Origin: an uncultured delta proteobacterium
GTDB lineage: Bacteria; Myxococcota; Myxococcia; Myxococcales; Myxococcaceae
DNA: 64,000 nucleotides
NCBI GenBank assembly: GCA_963776345.1
Contig: CAVZMH010000015.1
Span: 544,001-608,000, forward strand
Direction of reading: 5' to 3'
Shown here: in pieces, positions 52,017 through 63,351 of the stretch
Numbering within the stretch: the stretch's first letter is position 1
How the letters are laid out: each line of letters starts with the position of its first letter
Program-made: the position numbers and the translations under genes
The notes under the pieces: generated by a model
Database searches by the model: none
What the model was told of the DNA's origin: nothing
What the model saw: only the letters and a program-made list of their open reading frames with translations

Positions 52017-52972
52017 TCAGTGCCACCGGGCCGGTGGCTGCCTGCGCCGAGCCTGGAAGTCGCCGTGGAGGAGCTCGACCTTGGCGCGGGTGGTGGTGGC
52101 TCCTTCGGCCATGCTCAGGGAGAGCGTCCCTTCCTCGACGAAGATCTCCCGGCCGGCCTCCAGGACGGTGAACGTCGCGCCGGGCCAGGCGTAGAGGGCG
52201 AGGTGCGCCTCGGGGAGACGCTCGACCTCCAAGTGCCCGTGCTGCGCGCCGCGGCAGAGGATCTCCAGGCGCCGGCTCGCAGGAAGGCGGAACGCAGCTC
52301 CCCCAGGCTCGAGCCACAGCTCGATGGGCGGATCGGCGCCATCGATGACGCGGCGGTCCAGGTAGACGCGCTCGCCGCCGAAGGTGACGACCGGCGGCCC
52401 AGTGGGACAGTCGTGGGTCGTCGCGGCGAGGACGACCGGGCACGGCGCCCGCGCGTCCGCCCGGCAGACTTCCCAGGCGCAGAATCGGCACACCCGCACG
52501 GCGGCCTCGGGCGACTCCGCGAGCCCGGCGAGGAGCCGCTCGGAGATCCGGATGAGGCGAGGGATCCAGACCTCCGGGAGACGGTCGACCAGACGTCGGG
52601 TGACGTGGGCTCGCGCGATCCTCGCCCGGAGCGCTCGTGCCGTCCCGAGCTCCGAGGCCCTGAGCGTCACGGCCCTCCGGTCTCGGGGGTCCTCCGTCTT
52701 CAGCACGAGCCCTTCCTCCACGAGGCGCGTGACCAGGCGGGTGACCGAGACCTGGGTCAGCGCCAGAGGGACACGGAGCGCGTCGAGACGAAGGCCGGGC
52801 ACCTGCGAGATCGTCTGGAGCGCGGCGGCGCCCGATGCCGAGCTCCCCGTCGAGGTCGCCATGACCAGCTCCAGCCGATCGCTCAGGCCGACTGCCAGGG
52901 CGCCGAGCAGGTTGGCAGCCCGGTCCCGAGCGGACGGTGTGTCTCCTCGTCAGGGAACCAACGCCTGGGCAT
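52017..52972 (-). CDS. MarR-family regulator with Cys cluster, fused to an unknown C-terminal domain (probable frameshift near 52940)
   Basis: In-frame upstream RAANLLGALAVGLSDRL; VTRLVTRLVEEGLV...DRR wing; VCRFCAWEVC...CPV. Confidence 0.65.
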
Positions 52973-52994
52973 GACGCGGCCGGCCGAATCGCGG

Positions 52995-53060
52995 AAAAAC
53001 GAAAAAGATACATACGGTATGCATGCAATTCTCGAAAACACATGCATGCAGTATGAAATC
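52995..53060. promoter_or_regulatory. AT-rich region with ATGCATGCA repeats/palindromes (candidate MarR operator)
   Basis: CATACGGTATG palindrome; ATGCATGCA occurs twice. Confidence 0.45.
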
Positions 53061-53374
53061 TGTTTTCGGCCGTCCGGTCCCCCGGCCTCCCCCTCGAGAG
53101 TCCACGGGCGTGGAGCGGCTTCCCCCTCGGCGGACGGTCACTGCACGCGACGCGCCCGCGTGCGAAGGAGGGAGGGAACCAGCGTCGCCGCTGCCTCCAG
53201 AGCGGCCGGAGGCGCGCAGGCCGGCCGGCATCGCCCGGACCGACCGAACCCCCGCCCTCCCGCGTCCCCCATGGGCGCTGCGACCCCGAACTCGCGTTCA
53301 GCTCCACGGCGCCCGAGGCGGACGCCGGCCCTCCCGGACGACCGTCAGACCCCGCTGGTACCTCTTGTCCCGTC

Positions 53375-54184
53375 ATGCAGCAGACCCGGGTGGAGACGCG
53401 GACTTACACGCTGTCCGATGCGGCGGCGGTGCTCGGCACCTCCGAGGCCCGGGTGCTCCAGCTGGTCGAGGCGGGGCTTCCCGAGCGGGCGGCCACCCTG
53501 CGGCGGCCGGGGGCACGCGCGCTCACCTTCCAGGACCTGGTGCTGCTCCGGAACGCCACGCGTCTCGTGGACCAGGCCATCCAGCCGGCCCGGGTCGCGG
53601 ACGCCCTGCGCCAGGCCCGGGCCCGGCTCCCCGCGGGCCGGCCGGTCAGCGCGCTGACCCTCGAGGCCGCCGGCCAGCAGATCGTCGTCCGCGAGGGCCA
53701 GACCCGGATCGCCGCGGACTCCGGACAGGTGCTGCTCGATCTCGCGGTGGCGCCTTCCCCTGCCCCGGCGCCCATTCCGGACGTCGACGCGCTCTTCTCC
53801 GAGGCGCAGTCGCTCGAGGACCGCGCGCCGGCCCGCGCCCGAGCGCTCTACGCCCAGCTCCTTCACCGCGCTCCCGCACACGCCGACGCCCACGTGAACC
53901 TCGGGCGGCTGCTCCACGAGGAGGGACGGCTGGCCGAGGCGCAGACGCACTACCGGGCTGCGCTCGCCGCCCGGCCAGCAGACGCCACCGCGGCGTACAA
54001 CCTCGCTGTGGCGCTCGGCGATCAGGGTCGCACGGCCGACGCCGTCCACTGGTACGAGACCGCGCTTCGCTCGGACCCGGGCCTGGCCGAGGCGCACTAC
54101 AACCTCGCCTGTCTCCACGAGCGGCGCGGGCAGCCAACCCTCGCCCTCCGCCACCTCAAGGAGTACCGGCGGCTCGCAGGCTGA
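53375..54184 (+). CDS. MerR-like HTH + TPR protein
   Basis: YTLSDAAAVLG...LTFQDLVLLR; TPRs AHVNLG, AAYNLA, AHYNLA. Confidence 0.8.
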   Translation: MQQTRVETRTYTLSDAAAVLGTSEARVLQLVEAGLPERAATLRRPGARALTFQDLVLLRNATRLVDQAIQPARVADALRQARARLPAGRPVSALTLEAAGQQIVVREGQTRIAADSGQVLLDLAVAPSPAPAPIPDVDALFSEAQSLEDRAPARARALYAQLLHRAPAHADAHVNLGRLLHEEGRLAEAQTHYRAALAARPADATAAYNLAVALGDQGRTADAVHWYETALRSDPGLAEAHYNLACLHERRGQPTLALRHLKEYRRLAG

Positions 54185-54241
54185 GCGCCCCTCGCTCGTC
54201 TCGTGGTAGGCCTCGCCCCGTCCCCAGGGGAGGTCACCTCG

Positions 54242-54796
54242 ATGCGCGTCGTCCTCGTCCTCATCTCCGCCACGCTCCTCCTCGCCGCCTGCAAGCGCGA
54301 AACACAGGAGGCCGTCGCCCAAGCGAAGGGCGCCGCCGCCGATGCCGAGCGCGCCGCGAAGGAGGCCGCCGCGCAGGCCCGGAGCGCCGCGGACCAGGCG
54401 ACCGCCAGCGCACGATCGGCAGCAGATCAGGCGAAGTCCGCCGCCGACGACGCCGCGGCGAAGGCGCGCGCCGCTGCCGAGGAGGCCCGGGAGGCCGCGG
54501 CGAACGCCGGCGACTCTGCCCGGAAGAGCGTCGGCAGCACAGGCCAGGCGCTGCGCGAGCTGACGGCCGGTGATCAGGTACTCGGCGTCGTGGTGGGAGC
54601 CGGGAGCGCCGAGCTGGACGTGCGACCCGCGGAGGGCCCGGTGCAGACGCTCAGGACCGACGCGCACACCCGGTGGATCCGCCGCGGCGCCTCGGCCGGA
54701 GCCGCGGGATTCCCCATCGGGTCCACCGTGCGCGCCACGTACATCGTGAAGGACGGGCAGCGGATTGCCACCCAGGTGGAGGCAGTCACCCCTTGA
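54242..54796 (+). CDS. Ala-rich coiled-coil lipoprotein with small C-terminal beta domain
   Basis: Lipobox LLAAC; GGGAGG RBS. Confidence 0.7.
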   Translation: MRVVLVLISATLLLAACKRETQEAVAQAKGAAADAERAAKEAAAQARSAADQATASARSAADQAKSAADDAAAKARAAAEEAREAAANAGDSARKSVGSTGQALRELTAGDQVLGVVVGAGSAELDVRPAEGPVQTLRTDAHTRWIRRGASAGAAGFPIGSTVRATYIVKDGQRIATQVEAVTP

Positions 54797-55860
54797 CCCT
54801 CCCGGTCCAGCCGCCGGTCTCGCCCATGCTCTCGCGGCTGGTCCGCGAGCTACCGGCGGCCGGAGCCGTCGTCTACGAGCCCAAGTGGGACGGCTTCCGG
54901 GCCATCGTCTTCCGCGACGGGGACGCCGTGGAGCTGGGGAGCCGAAACGAGAAGCCCCTCACCCGCTACTTCCCCGAGCTGGTGGAGCCGCTCCGGGCCT
55001 CGCTGCCCGAGCGCTGCGTGGTCGACGGCGAGGTGGTCATCGCCGGGCCGAAGGGTCTCGACTTCGACGCCCTCTTGAACCGCATCCACCCCGCCGCCTC
55101 GCGCGTCCGGAAGCTCGCCGAGGAGACGCCGGCCTCGTTCGTGGCCTTCGACCTCCTGGCGGTGGGCGATGAGGACCTCCGGGGCCGCCCCTTCGAGGAG
55201 CGGCGGCAGAGGCTGGAGCAGGCGCTGGCCAACGCCCGCCCGCCGGTCCACCTCACGCCCGCCACGCGGGACCGGGCGGTGGCCGAGGAGTGGTTCCGCC
55301 GCTTCGAGGGCGCCGGGCTGGACGGGGTGATGGTGAAGCCGCTCGCGCTCCCCTACCTCGAGGACAAGCGCGAGATGCTGAAGGTGAAGCACGAGCGCAC
55401 CGCCGACTGCGTGGTGGCCGGCTTCCGCTGGTTCAAGGGCGGCGGAGGCGTGGGCTCGCTGCTCCTCGGCCTCCACGACGCGCACGGCGCGCTGCACCAC
55501 GTGGGCATCTGCTCGGGCTTCTCCGTGGCGCTCAGGAAGCAGCTCGAGGCCGAGCTGGAGCCCCTCCGCGCGGGCGCGCTCGAGGCTCACCCGTGGAAGG
55601 AGTGGGCCACGATGGCCGGCGAGGGCGAGCAGCGGATGCCGGGCGCGCCGAGCCGGTGGAACAACAAGAAGGACCTCTCCTGGGAGCCCGTCCGGCTGGA
55701 GCGCGTGGTGGAGGTCGGCTACGACCACCTGCAGGGGCCGCGCTTCCGGCACGCCACGCACTTCCTCCGCTGGCGCCCGGACCGCATGCCCGCCTCGTGC
55801 ACCTACGCCCAGCTCGAGGCGGTGGTCCCGGCCGAGCTGCGCGCGCTGTTCGGCGCCTGA
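54793..55860 (+). CDS. ligC: ATP-dependent DNA ligase LigC
   Basis: [42 protein letters not shown] start overlaps the upstream stop. Confidence 0.9.
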   Translation: MTLPVQPPVSPMLSRLVRELPAAGAVVYEPKWDGFRAIVFRDGDAVELGSRNEKPLTRYFPELVEPLRASLPERCVVDGEVVIAGPKGLDFDALLNRIHPAASRVRKLAEETPASFVAFDLLAVGDEDLRGRPFEERRQRLEQALANARPPVHLTPATRDRAVAEEWFRRFEGAGLDGVMVKPLALPYLEDKREMLKVKHERTADCVVAGFRWFKGGGGVGSLLLGLHDAHGALHHVGICSGFSVALRKQLEAELEPLRAGALEAHPWKEWATMAGEGEQRMPGAPSRWNNKKDLSWEPVRLERVVEVGYDHLQGPRFRHATHFLRWRPDRMPASCTYAQLEAVVPAELRALFGA

Positions 55861-55939
55861 GCCAGAGCCGGGCTCGTCGAGCGGCACCGGAGCGCTCGGA
55901 GCCGAGCCCGCAGCCCCATGGACCGCCTCTCGTCGCCCG

Positions 55940-56956
55940 TCACTCCTCCGGCTTCTTCCGCGCCTTGCTCGGCTGCACCCGCTTCGGCTCGCCGCGCTGC
56001 TTCGGGAAGTGGGGCGGCCACGGCGCGTCCCCCAGCCCCTGCGCCTCGTCGCGCGCGGCGAGCTCCAGCAGCGGCTCCAGCGAGAACGCCCGGTCGTCGA
56101 TGCCCGCGCCCACGTCGCCGAGCCGGGCGAAGCGCTCGGGCACCGTGGCCAGGGTCAGGTCCGCGGGGTTCACCGTCTCCAGCTCGGACCAGGTGACCGG
56201 GCAGCTCACCCGTCCCTCGGGGTTGGCCCGCACCGAGTACGCCGAGGCGATGGTCCGGTCGCGCGCGTTCTGGTTGTAGTCGAGGAACACGCGGGTCCCC
56301 CGCTCCTCCTTCCACCACTTGCTGGTGGCGATGTCCGGGATCCGCCGCTCGACCTCCCGCGCCAGCGCCAGCGCGGCCCGCCGCACCTCGAGGAAGTCCC
56401 AGCGGGGCTCGATGCGCACGTAGATGTGCACCCCGCGCGAGCCGGAGGTCTTGGGCCAGCCGACCAGGCCCAGCCCCTCGAGCACCGACCTCACCTCCGC
56501 CGCCACCCGGCGCACCGCCGAGAACTCCACTCCCGGCTGCGGATCGAGGTCCACCCGGAGCTCGTCCGGATGATCCACGTCGCTCCGCCGCACCGCCCAC
56601 GGGTTCAGGTCGAGGCAGCCGAGGTTCGCCGCCCAGACCACGTGCGCCACGTCCACCGGGCACAGCTCGCGCGCGCTCCGGCCGCTGGGGAAGGTGACCG
56701 TCACCGTCTCCAGCCACTCGGGGAGCGGGTCCGGCACGCGCTTCTGGTAGAAGAACTCGCCGCCCGCGCCGTCCGGGTAGCGCTTGAGCACGGTCGGCCG
56801 CTCGCGCACCCCGCGGAGGGCGCCCGGCCCCACGGCCAGGTAGTAGCGGACCAGGTCCAGCTTGGTCTCCCCCCGTGCGGAGAAGAACACCTTGTCCGGG
56901 TTGGAGATGCGGACCTTGCGTCCGTCGACCTCGACCTCGGTGTGCACAGTGGCCAC
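55940..56956 (-). CDS. Stand-alone LigD-type primase-polymerase (Prim-PolC-like)
   Basis: [14 protein letters not shown]...[40 protein letters not shown]. Confidence 0.9.
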   Translation of the reverse strand: MATVHTEVEVDGRKVRISNPDKVFFSARGETKLDLVRYYLAVGPGALRGVRERPTVLKRYPDGAGGEFFYQKRVPDPLPEWLETVTVTFPSGRSARELCPVDVAHVVWAANLGCLDLNPWAVRRSDVDHPDELRVDLDPQPGVEFSAVRRVAAEVRSVLEGLGLVGWPKTSGSRGVHIYVRIEPRWDFLEVRRAALALAREVERRIPDIATSKWWKEERGTRVFLDYNQNARDRTIASAYSVRANPEGRVSCPVTWSELETVNPADLTLATVPERFARLGDVGAGIDDRAFSLEPLLELAARDEAQGLGDAPWPPHFPKQRGEPKRVQPSKARKKPEE

Positions 56957-56992
56957 GGTTTCCCCGCCAGATGTGGTAGCGCTAGCCGCCCG

Positions 56993-59464
56993 ATGAGACT
57001 GGGGAAGTACCAGCTGCTCCGCAAGCTCGCCACCGGCGGCATGGCCGAGGTGTTCCTCGCCAAGACCGACGGGCCGATGGGGTTCGAGAAGCTGCTGGTC
57101 ATCAAGCGCATCCTCCCGAACCTGGCGCAGGACCCGCAGTTCATCGAGATGTTCCTCGCCGAGGCGAAGCTGGCGGCGCAGCTCAACCACCCGAATCTGG
57201 TGACGCTGTTCGACTTCGGGCAGGCCGAGGGCAGCTACTTCATCGCCATGGAGTACATCGACGGGCCCACGCTCCGTCTGCTCCTCGCCCGTGCACGCGA
57301 CCTCCAGGCCCCCATCTCGCTCGCCCTCGCCGCGCGCATCGTGTCCTCCGCCGCCGAGGGGCTGGCCTACGCGCACGACTTCCGCGACCAGGTGACGGGC
57401 GAGCCGCTGCACCTCATCCACCGCGACGTCAGCCCGGACAACATCCTCGTCGGCCGGAGCGGCGCGGTGAAGCTGGTGGACTTCGGCATCGCCAAGGCGC
57501 GCGGACAGAGCCACCACACCCAGGCCGGCACGGTGAAGGGCAAGGTGGCGTACATGGCCCCGGAGCAGCTGCGGGGCGAGCCGCTCGACCTGCGGGTGGA
57601 CCTGTACGCGCTGGGGGTCGTGCTCTACGAGCTGTGCACCGGGCGCATGCCCCACGAGGCGAGCAGCGACGCGAGCATGGTGCGCGCGGTGCTCTACGAG
57701 TCCGCCATCCCGGCCGTGCGCCGCGTGCCCACCCTGCCCCGGGCGCTCCAGGCCATCCTCGATCGGCTCCTGGCGAAGGACCGCGCGGCGCGCTACCCGG
57801 ACTGCCGCACGCTGCACAGCGACCTCGAGCAGTTCATCCAGTCCACCGGCGAGCCCACCAACGGGTTCGCGCTCTCGCGCCTGGTGGCCCAGCTCGCACC
57901 CATGTCGCCGCCGACGACGCCGACGCCGGTCCGCGAGATGGAGGTCCCTGCCGGGGTCGCCGCCTCCGCGTTCGCCCCGGCCGGCCCCATCCTCCGGAGC
58001 GAGCCCGTCGCCGGCGTACCGCAGCCGGCGCCGCTGGAGAGTCTCGGCCTCGACCGCACCGTGCGCTCGGAGCCGCGCCGCTCGCCCGCGCCCTCGATGG
58101 CCGCGATCGAGCCGAAGCGCGCCGACACCCCGCAGCGCGCGCACGGCACGTCGGCGTTCGTCTTCCCCACCGCGCTGGGGGAGGAGCGGGGCTCGGCGCC
58201 CGTTCCGCTCGGGCTCGACCGGAGAGGGTCGCGGAGGGACATCCCGAGGGCCCGGGGGGGAGGTGGATTCCTCCGCGTGGTCGCCCTGCTCGCGCTCTTC
58301 CTCGTCCTCGCCGCGGTCGGCGCGTACCTGGGCCTCGCCGCCGCGCAGCGCACGGACCTGCTCGCGCGCATGGGCCTGCCGGTGCCCGGAACACCGGCCC
58401 CGGTCGCGAGCACTCCTTCCGCCTCGGTTCCGGCGCAGACCACGCCTCCCGCGGTGACCGGTCCGGCACGGGCCACGGAGAAGGACCCCGCGACCACGAC
58501 GCCGGTCGCTCCGAGCAGCAGCAGCGCGGCCGCGCCCCCGGCCCGGAAGCCCGAGCCCGCGGCGGCCCCTTCGGACAAGAGCGCGGCAACGGCGAGCACC
58601 GCGACGGGAGAGGCGCCCCCGAGCACCGGGGGCCCGGCGCAGCGCGAGCCGGCTGCGACGACGGCGGCGGCGCAGGGGAGCGCCGGGGCAGGTGAACCGG
58701 CTGCCTCCGCGCCTGAAAGCGCCGGCCCGGGAGCGCTCACCGTCGCCGCCGGCAGCACCGGGCGGGGCGAGGCGCCTCCCTCCGATTCGTCCCCGGCCGA
58801 GCCGAGCCCGGCCACGGCCGCGTCCACCCCGCCTGCCGAGCGCGCTGGAGCGCCGCCCGGCGCCGCGACGGGGACCACCGACGAGGCACCTGCCTCCGCC
58901 GACACCGCGCGAACCGGACCGGCCGCAACGAGCTCCGCGCCCGCGCAGAAGAGCCCGGCGACCGCGCTCGAGGTCGCGCGCCGGGCGCGCCGGGAGACTG
59001 ACCGGGAGAAGCTCCTCGGGGCCTTCGCCGAGGTCGAGGCGGGGAAGGAGTCGACGGTGCTGCTGGAGAGCACGCCACACCTCCGCGTCCGCATGGGCGG
59101 CAAGATCATCGGGACCACGCCCGTGCCTCTCAAGGTGCCGGCGTCCGACGACCCGGTGGAGCTCGAGTTCTTCGACACCGGCCTCGGGGTGTCGCATCCC
59201 GAGCAGCTCGTCCTGAAGCCCGGCGACAACGGCACCCACAAGGTGGTGATCCCCAAGGGGAAGCTGGAGCTCAAGCTGCAGGACGGCGTGGCAGTGACCA
59301 TCGACAGCAAGTCCGTGGGCAGGACGCCGATGGCCCCGGTGTCGCTCTACGAGGGCCGGCACGTGGTCCAGCTCATCCGGGGAGACCTGAAGGAGCGCCG
59401 CACGCTCGACATCCACGGCAACGAGACCGAGGTCCTCGAGTTCACCTTCCCGGAGGCCGAATGA
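56993..59464 (+). CDS. Membrane Ser/Thr protein kinase with A/P/T-rich linker and PEGA-like C-terminus
   Basis: [31 protein letters not shown]; one TM helix. Confidence 0.93.
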   Translation: MRLGKYQLLRKLATGGMAEVFLAKTDGPMGFEKLLVIKRILPNLAQDPQFIEMFLAEAKLAAQLNHPNLVTLFDFGQAEGSYFIAMEYIDGPTLRLLLARARDLQAPISLALAARIVSSAAEGLAYAHDFRDQVTGEPLHLIHRDVSPDNILVGRSGAVKLVDFGIAKARGQSHHTQAGTVKGKVAYMAPEQLRGEPLDLRVDLYALGVVLYELCTGRMPHEASSDASMVRAVLYESAIPAVRRVPTLPRALQAILDRLLAKDRAARYPDCRTLHSDLEQFIQSTGEPTNGFALSRLVAQLAPMSPPTTPTPVREMEVPAGVAASAFAPAGPILRSEPVAGVPQPAPLESLGLDRTVRSEPRRSPAPSMAAIEPKRADTPQRAHGTSAFVFPTALGEERGSAPVPLGLDRRGSRRDIPRARGGGGFLRVVALLALFLVLAAVGAYLGLAAAQRTDLLARMGLPVPGTPAPVASTPSASVPAQTTPPAVTGPARATEKDPATTTPVAPSSSSAAAPPARKPEPAAAPSDKSAATASTATGEAPPSTGGPAQREPAATTAAAQGSAGAGEPAASAPESAGPGALTVAAGSTGRGEAPPSDSSPAEPSPATAASTPPAERAGAPPGAATGTTDEAPASADTARTGPAATSSAPAQKSPATALEVARRARRETDREKLLGAFAEVEAGKESTVLLESTPHLRVRMGGKIIGTTPVPLKVPASDDPVELEFFDTGLGVSHPEQLVLKPGDNGTHKVVIPKGKLELKLQDGVAVTIDSKSVGRTPMAPVSLYEGRHVVQLIRGDLKERRTLDIHGNETEVLEFTFPEAE

Positions 59465-59937
59465 GCATCCCCCACGACGCGGAGCACTGGCGGCTGCACG
59501 GGGTCCGCGTGGTCCACGGCTCCGAGCTCGACCCGAACACCGCGCAGACGCCGGGAATGAGCCGGGCCGCGGCCATCACCCACGCCCGCGCCGGCGCGGA
59601 GAAGCTCTGGGCCGGCACCGTCACCATCCACCCGAGCGCGAAGACCGGGGCGCACCACCACGGCGCGCTCGAGTCCATCATCTACGTGGTGAAGGGCCAG
59701 GCCCGCATGCGCTGGGGCGAGCGCCTGGAGTTCACCGCCGAGGCCGGCCCGGGCGACTTCATCTTCGTGCCGCCCTACGTCCCCCACCAGGAGATCAACG
59801 CCGCGGACGAGCCGCTGGAGTGCGTGCTGGTCCGCAGCGGCATGGACCCGGTGGTGGTGAACCTCGACATCACGCCGATAGAAGCGCCGGAGTCGGTGCA
59901 CTGGGTGGACGACGTCCACCGCGCGCCCGGCCGCTGA
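59461..59937 (+). CDS. Cupin-domain protein
   Basis: [27 protein letters not shown]. Confidence 0.88.
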   Translation: MSIPHDAEHWRLHGVRVVHGSELDPNTAQTPGMSRAAAITHARAGAEKLWAGTVTIHPSAKTGAHHHGALESIIYVVKGQARMRWGERLEFTAEAGPGDFIFVPPYVPHQEINAADEPLECVLVRSGMDPVVVNLDITPIEAPESVHWVDDVHRAPGR

Positions 59938-60034
59938 GATTCGCGCGACCCAGGAGGGTCATCGAAGACATCGGCGGCTCGCTGGACGCGGAGAGTGCAC
60001 CTCTGCTTCATTCTTTCGTCAGCAGTGTTCAGCC

Positions 60035-61405
60035 ATGGCTCCGATCACCACCACTCGCGACGTCTGCCGCCATTGTGGGGCCGAGTGGCGTCCGGGCTGG
60101 GGCCGCTGCCACCGCTGTGGCGCCACGCTGCGAAACCGCGTCGCCGCCCCGGTCGAGGGGGCCGAGACCAGGGAGGGATCCGGCCTCGAGCTCGACCGCC
60201 GTCCACGCCCGCCGGCCCGCACCCCCGCCGGGGTGTCCACGGCGCGGCGACCGCGGATCGAGCCGTCCGAGGCCCCGACGCGCGAGCTCGCGCCCGAGCC
60301 CCGTCCGCCCGCAGACCCGTCGAGGCTCGTCTCGGTGGCGCTGGTTCTCTCCGGCGCGCTCGCCGTCCTGCTCGTCGCCCAGGTCCTCTTCCCCGCGGCG
60401 CTTCCCTCTCTGGCGGGGCTCGCGGTGCACGCGCTGCGCGGTGAGCGGGTGGGAGCGCTCCTCTGGCTCGTCGCCTGCGTGCCCTGGGCGTTCACCGGGG
60501 CGGTGCTCGGGCTCGCCCTCACCGCGGGTCGGCAGGCGGTGGGCCGGCCGCTGACGCGTTCACCCCTGGCCGCGACCATCGCCGCCGTCCTGCCGGGAGT
60601 CCTCCTCTGGGGCTGGCCGTCGCTCCACGGACATCTCGCCTCGGCGCTGGTTCGCCGCGGCGGGCGCAAGCGCGCGGCGCTGCTCACCGGCTGGAGCCGG
60701 GCGGTGCTCGGGTGCGTGTCGGCCGAGGTGCTGCTCACGGCTCTCGACGGGTTCGGGCTGGTGACGCTCCGTCCCGCGGCGCTGGCCGGCGTGGTCGCCA
60801 TCGCGCTCGCCGCCCGGCAGGGGCACCTCTGCGCGCTCGGCATCGCGCTCCCGGGCCTCCTGCTCCGGCCCGTGCGGATGGGCGCGCCGCTCCCGAGCCA
60901 GCTGGTGTGTCCACAGTGCGGCACCGATGCGCCGACGCTCCAGCGCTTCCGCGAGGGGCTCGCCGGCAGCGCCTGCGCGCGCTGCGCCGGGGCGCTGCTC
61001 GGTCCGGGCCAGGTCTCCACCCTCCTCTCCATGGCCCAGGTGGAGGAGGGCGCCTACCGACGGGAGATTCGCCTCGGCGCCGCCGGCACGCGGCCCCTGC
61101 CCTGCCCCCAGTGCGGCTCGGCGATGCACGGCATCCAGCTGCGCACGGTGACCGCCCACGGCTGTCCGGCGTGCGGGAGCCTGTGGGTCGACCGGGTCGG
61201 GCTGGCGCGGCTGACCGGCGGACGCCCGGTGCTGACGGTCAGCCCGGGACATCCCCCGCGCTCCCCGGGACGCATCTGGCCCCTGCTCGCCGCGGCCGCG
61301 GCCCTGCTCGTGGCCGCGCTGCCCTGGGTGGCGGCCCGGGCCGGATGGTGCCACCCGGAAGGTAGGGCGTGCGCGTCGGCCACCGTCTCCTCGACAATGC
61401 GGTGA
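60035..61405 (+). CDS. Membrane protein with three zinc-ribbon modules
   Basis: CRHC..CHRC at N-terminus; TM block; CPQC..CARC and CPQC..CPACGSLWVD (zf-TFIIB-like). Confidence 0.65.
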   Translation: MAPITTTRDVCRHCGAEWRPGWGRCHRCGATLRNRVAAPVEGAETREGSGLELDRRPRPPARTPAGVSTARRPRIEPSEAPTRELAPEPRPPADPSRLVSVALVLSGALAVLLVAQVLFPAALPSLAGLAVHALRGERVGALLWLVACVPWAFTGAVLGLALTAGRQAVGRPLTRSPLAATIAAVLPGVLLWGWPSLHGHLASALVRRGGRKRAALLTGWSRAVLGCVSAEVLLTALDGFGLVTLRPAALAGVVAIALAARQGHLCALGIALPGLLLRPVRMGAPLPSQLVCPQCGTDAPTLQRFREGLAGSACARCAGALLGPGQVSTLLSMAQVEEGAYRREIRLGAAGTRPLPCPQCGSAMHGIQLRTVTAHGCPACGSLWVDRVGLARLTGGRPVLTVSPGHPPRSPGRIWPLLAAAAALLVAALPWVAARAGWCHPEGRACASATVSSTMR

Positions 61406-63258
61406 TGCCCCTCCCCCCGTTTCTCTCGGCCCTCTTGCTCGCGTCGACGGCGGTGACGGGCGAGGTTCCCCCGCCGCGCTTCGAGGATCCCGCGCGGACG
61501 TCGAAGCTCGCCAGCGCGTACGAGGCCGTGGACCGCGCCTTTCGCCATCCGGTCGAGGCCGGGCTCACCCCGGGGATGGTCTGGGGCATCGTGGTGGACG
61601 GCGTCCTGGTGCACTCCGGCGCCGCGGGCCTTCGCGAGGTGGCCTCGCGGGCGCCGGTCGAGGCGACGACCGCCTTCCGCATCGCCTCGATGACCAAGTC
61701 GTTCACCGCCGCGGCCATCCTCCAGCTGCGCGACGCCGGGAAGCTGTCGCTGGACGACCGGGTGGACCGCTGGGTGTTCGAGATGCGCGGCTGGCGCCCG
61801 GCGACGGCGGACGCCGCGCCCGTGACGCTGCGGATGCTGCTCAGCCACGGCGGCGGATTCCCCGAGGACAACCCCTGGGGCGACCGGCAGCTCGCGCTCC
61901 CCGACGCCGCGTTCTCCAGGCTGCTCCAGGGCGGGCTCCTGCGCTCCACCTCGCCCGCCACCGAGTTCGAGTACTCCAACACCGGCTTCGCGCTGCTCGG
62001 TCGGGTGGTGTCCCGCGTCTCGGGAATGCCGTACGCGGCGTACGTCGAGCGGAGGCTGCTCCGGCCCCTCGGGATGATCTCCACCCACTGGACGGTGAAT
62101 GGCTTCCCGGAGGCCCAGCGCGCGCATGGATACCGGAAGACGGCGGCCGGCTTCGAGGAGGAGGCGCCGCTCGGCGACGGCGCCTATGGCCCGATGGGCG
62201 GCCTGGTCACCACCGTGCCCGACCTCGCGCGCTGGGTGGCCTTCCAGCTCCAGGCCTGGCCACCGCGGGACGACCCCGACACCGGGCCTCTGCGCCGCGC
62301 CTCCCTCCGGGAAATGCAGTCGCTCGCCCGCGTGGTGGACCCGCTGGTGAAGCGCGACCACCCGGACGCCCCGCTCTCCCTGTCCACGGGCAGCTACGGC
62401 TTCGGGCTGGCCTCCGCCCGGACCTGCACCCTCGACCGGGTGGTGGGCCACTCGGGCGGGCTCCCGGGCTGGGGCTCGCAGATGCGGTGGCTGCCCTCCG
62501 CCGGGGTGGGCGTCATCGCCTTCACCAACGTGACCTACGGCGGATACCGGGACGGGAGCGAGCTCCTGGCGAAGGCGACCTACGAGGCGCTCGATGTGCT
62601 CCAGCGCTCCGGCGGTCTTCAGCCGCGCAAGCCGGTCCCTGCGCCGGCGCTCCTGGCCGTCCAGACGGGTGTGAACCGGCTCCTCGCGGCGTGGGACGAC
62701 GCCCAGGCCCGTCAGCTCGCGGCGGAGAACTTCTTCCTCGACACGCCCCTCGAGGCGCGCCGCAAGGAGTTCGAGGAGCTCCGGGTCCGCCACGGCGCCT
62801 GCCGGCCCGAGGGCGCGCTCGACGCCGAGAATGCGCTGCGTGGCCACTGGACGCTCCGCTGCGAGCGGGGCACGGTCCGCCTCTTCGCCACCGTCGCCCC
62901 GCCCGGGAAGCTCCAGGATCTCGACGTCACCTCCGCGCTCCCGCCGGACCCACGGATGGGCCAGGCGATGACGGCCCTCCTCGGGCTCGCCCCGGCATGG
63001 AACGACGAGAGCGCCGGTGCGCTGCTCGGGCCCGCGGTGGACCGGGCGGCGCTCCGGCGGCAGCTGGCCGCGCTGACGGCCTTGCACGGCGCCTGTCGGG
63101 CGGGCGAGCCGGTGGGCGGCGACGGACGGCTCCGCACCACCGTGCCGCTCACCTGCGAGCAGCGCCCGGCGAAGGTGACCGTCGAGCTCGACGACGCCTC
63201 CGGGCGGGTGACCGCCGTGCGCTTCGGCAAGCCGGAAGGGGCGATCTGCCCCGACTAG
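61405..63258 (+). CDS. Secreted serine hydrolase (beta-lactamase class C-like family)
   Basis: SMTK, YSN and HSG motifs; signal peptide. Confidence 0.88.
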   Translation: MPLPPFLSALLLASTAVTGEVPPPRFEDPARTSKLASAYEAVDRAFRHPVEAGLTPGMVWGIVVDGVLVHSGAAGLREVASRAPVEATTAFRIASMTKSFTAAAILQLRDAGKLSLDDRVDRWVFEMRGWRPATADAAPVTLRMLLSHGGGFPEDNPWGDRQLALPDAAFSRLLQGGLLRSTSPATEFEYSNTGFALLGRVVSRVSGMPYAAYVERRLLRPLGMISTHWTVNGFPEAQRAHGYRKTAAGFEEEAPLGDGAYGPMGGLVTTVPDLARWVAFQLQAWPPRDDPDTGPLRRASLREMQSLARVVDPLVKRDHPDAPLSLSTGSYGFGLASARTCTLDRVVGHSGGLPGWGSQMRWLPSAGVGVIAFTNVTYGGYRDGSELLAKATYEALDVLQRSGGLQPRKPVPAPALLAVQTGVNRLLAAWDDAQARQLAAENFFLDTPLEARRKEFEELRVRHGACRPEGALDAENALRGHWTLRCERGTVRLFATVAPPGKLQDLDVTSALPPDPRMGQAMTALLGLAPAWNDESAGALLGPAVDRAALRRQLAALTALHGACRAGEPVGGDGRLRTTVPLTCEQRPAKVTVELDDASGRVTAVRFGKPEGAICPD

Positions 63259-63351
63259 CGCCCGTGGTGGCCCGCCGGAGGGAGGTGCCGCCAGGCGCTT
63301 GCGCGGACGCGGATTTGCCAGTACGAGAGCGGCTCCGGTCCGTCGTTCCTT

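Noticed and set aside
55940..59416. 1158-aa minus-strand ORF, and similar long shadow ORFs (12754-15675, 33796-36921, 34446-37418, 42999-45470)
   Set aside because: Antisense/alternate-frame ORFs expected at high GC; only the motif-bearing parts (e.g. Prim-Pol 55940-56956) are credible
61405..63258. Beta-lactam resistance gene
   Set aside because: SxxK/YxN/HSG motifs only place it in the broad serine hydrolase family; no evidence of beta-lactamase activity
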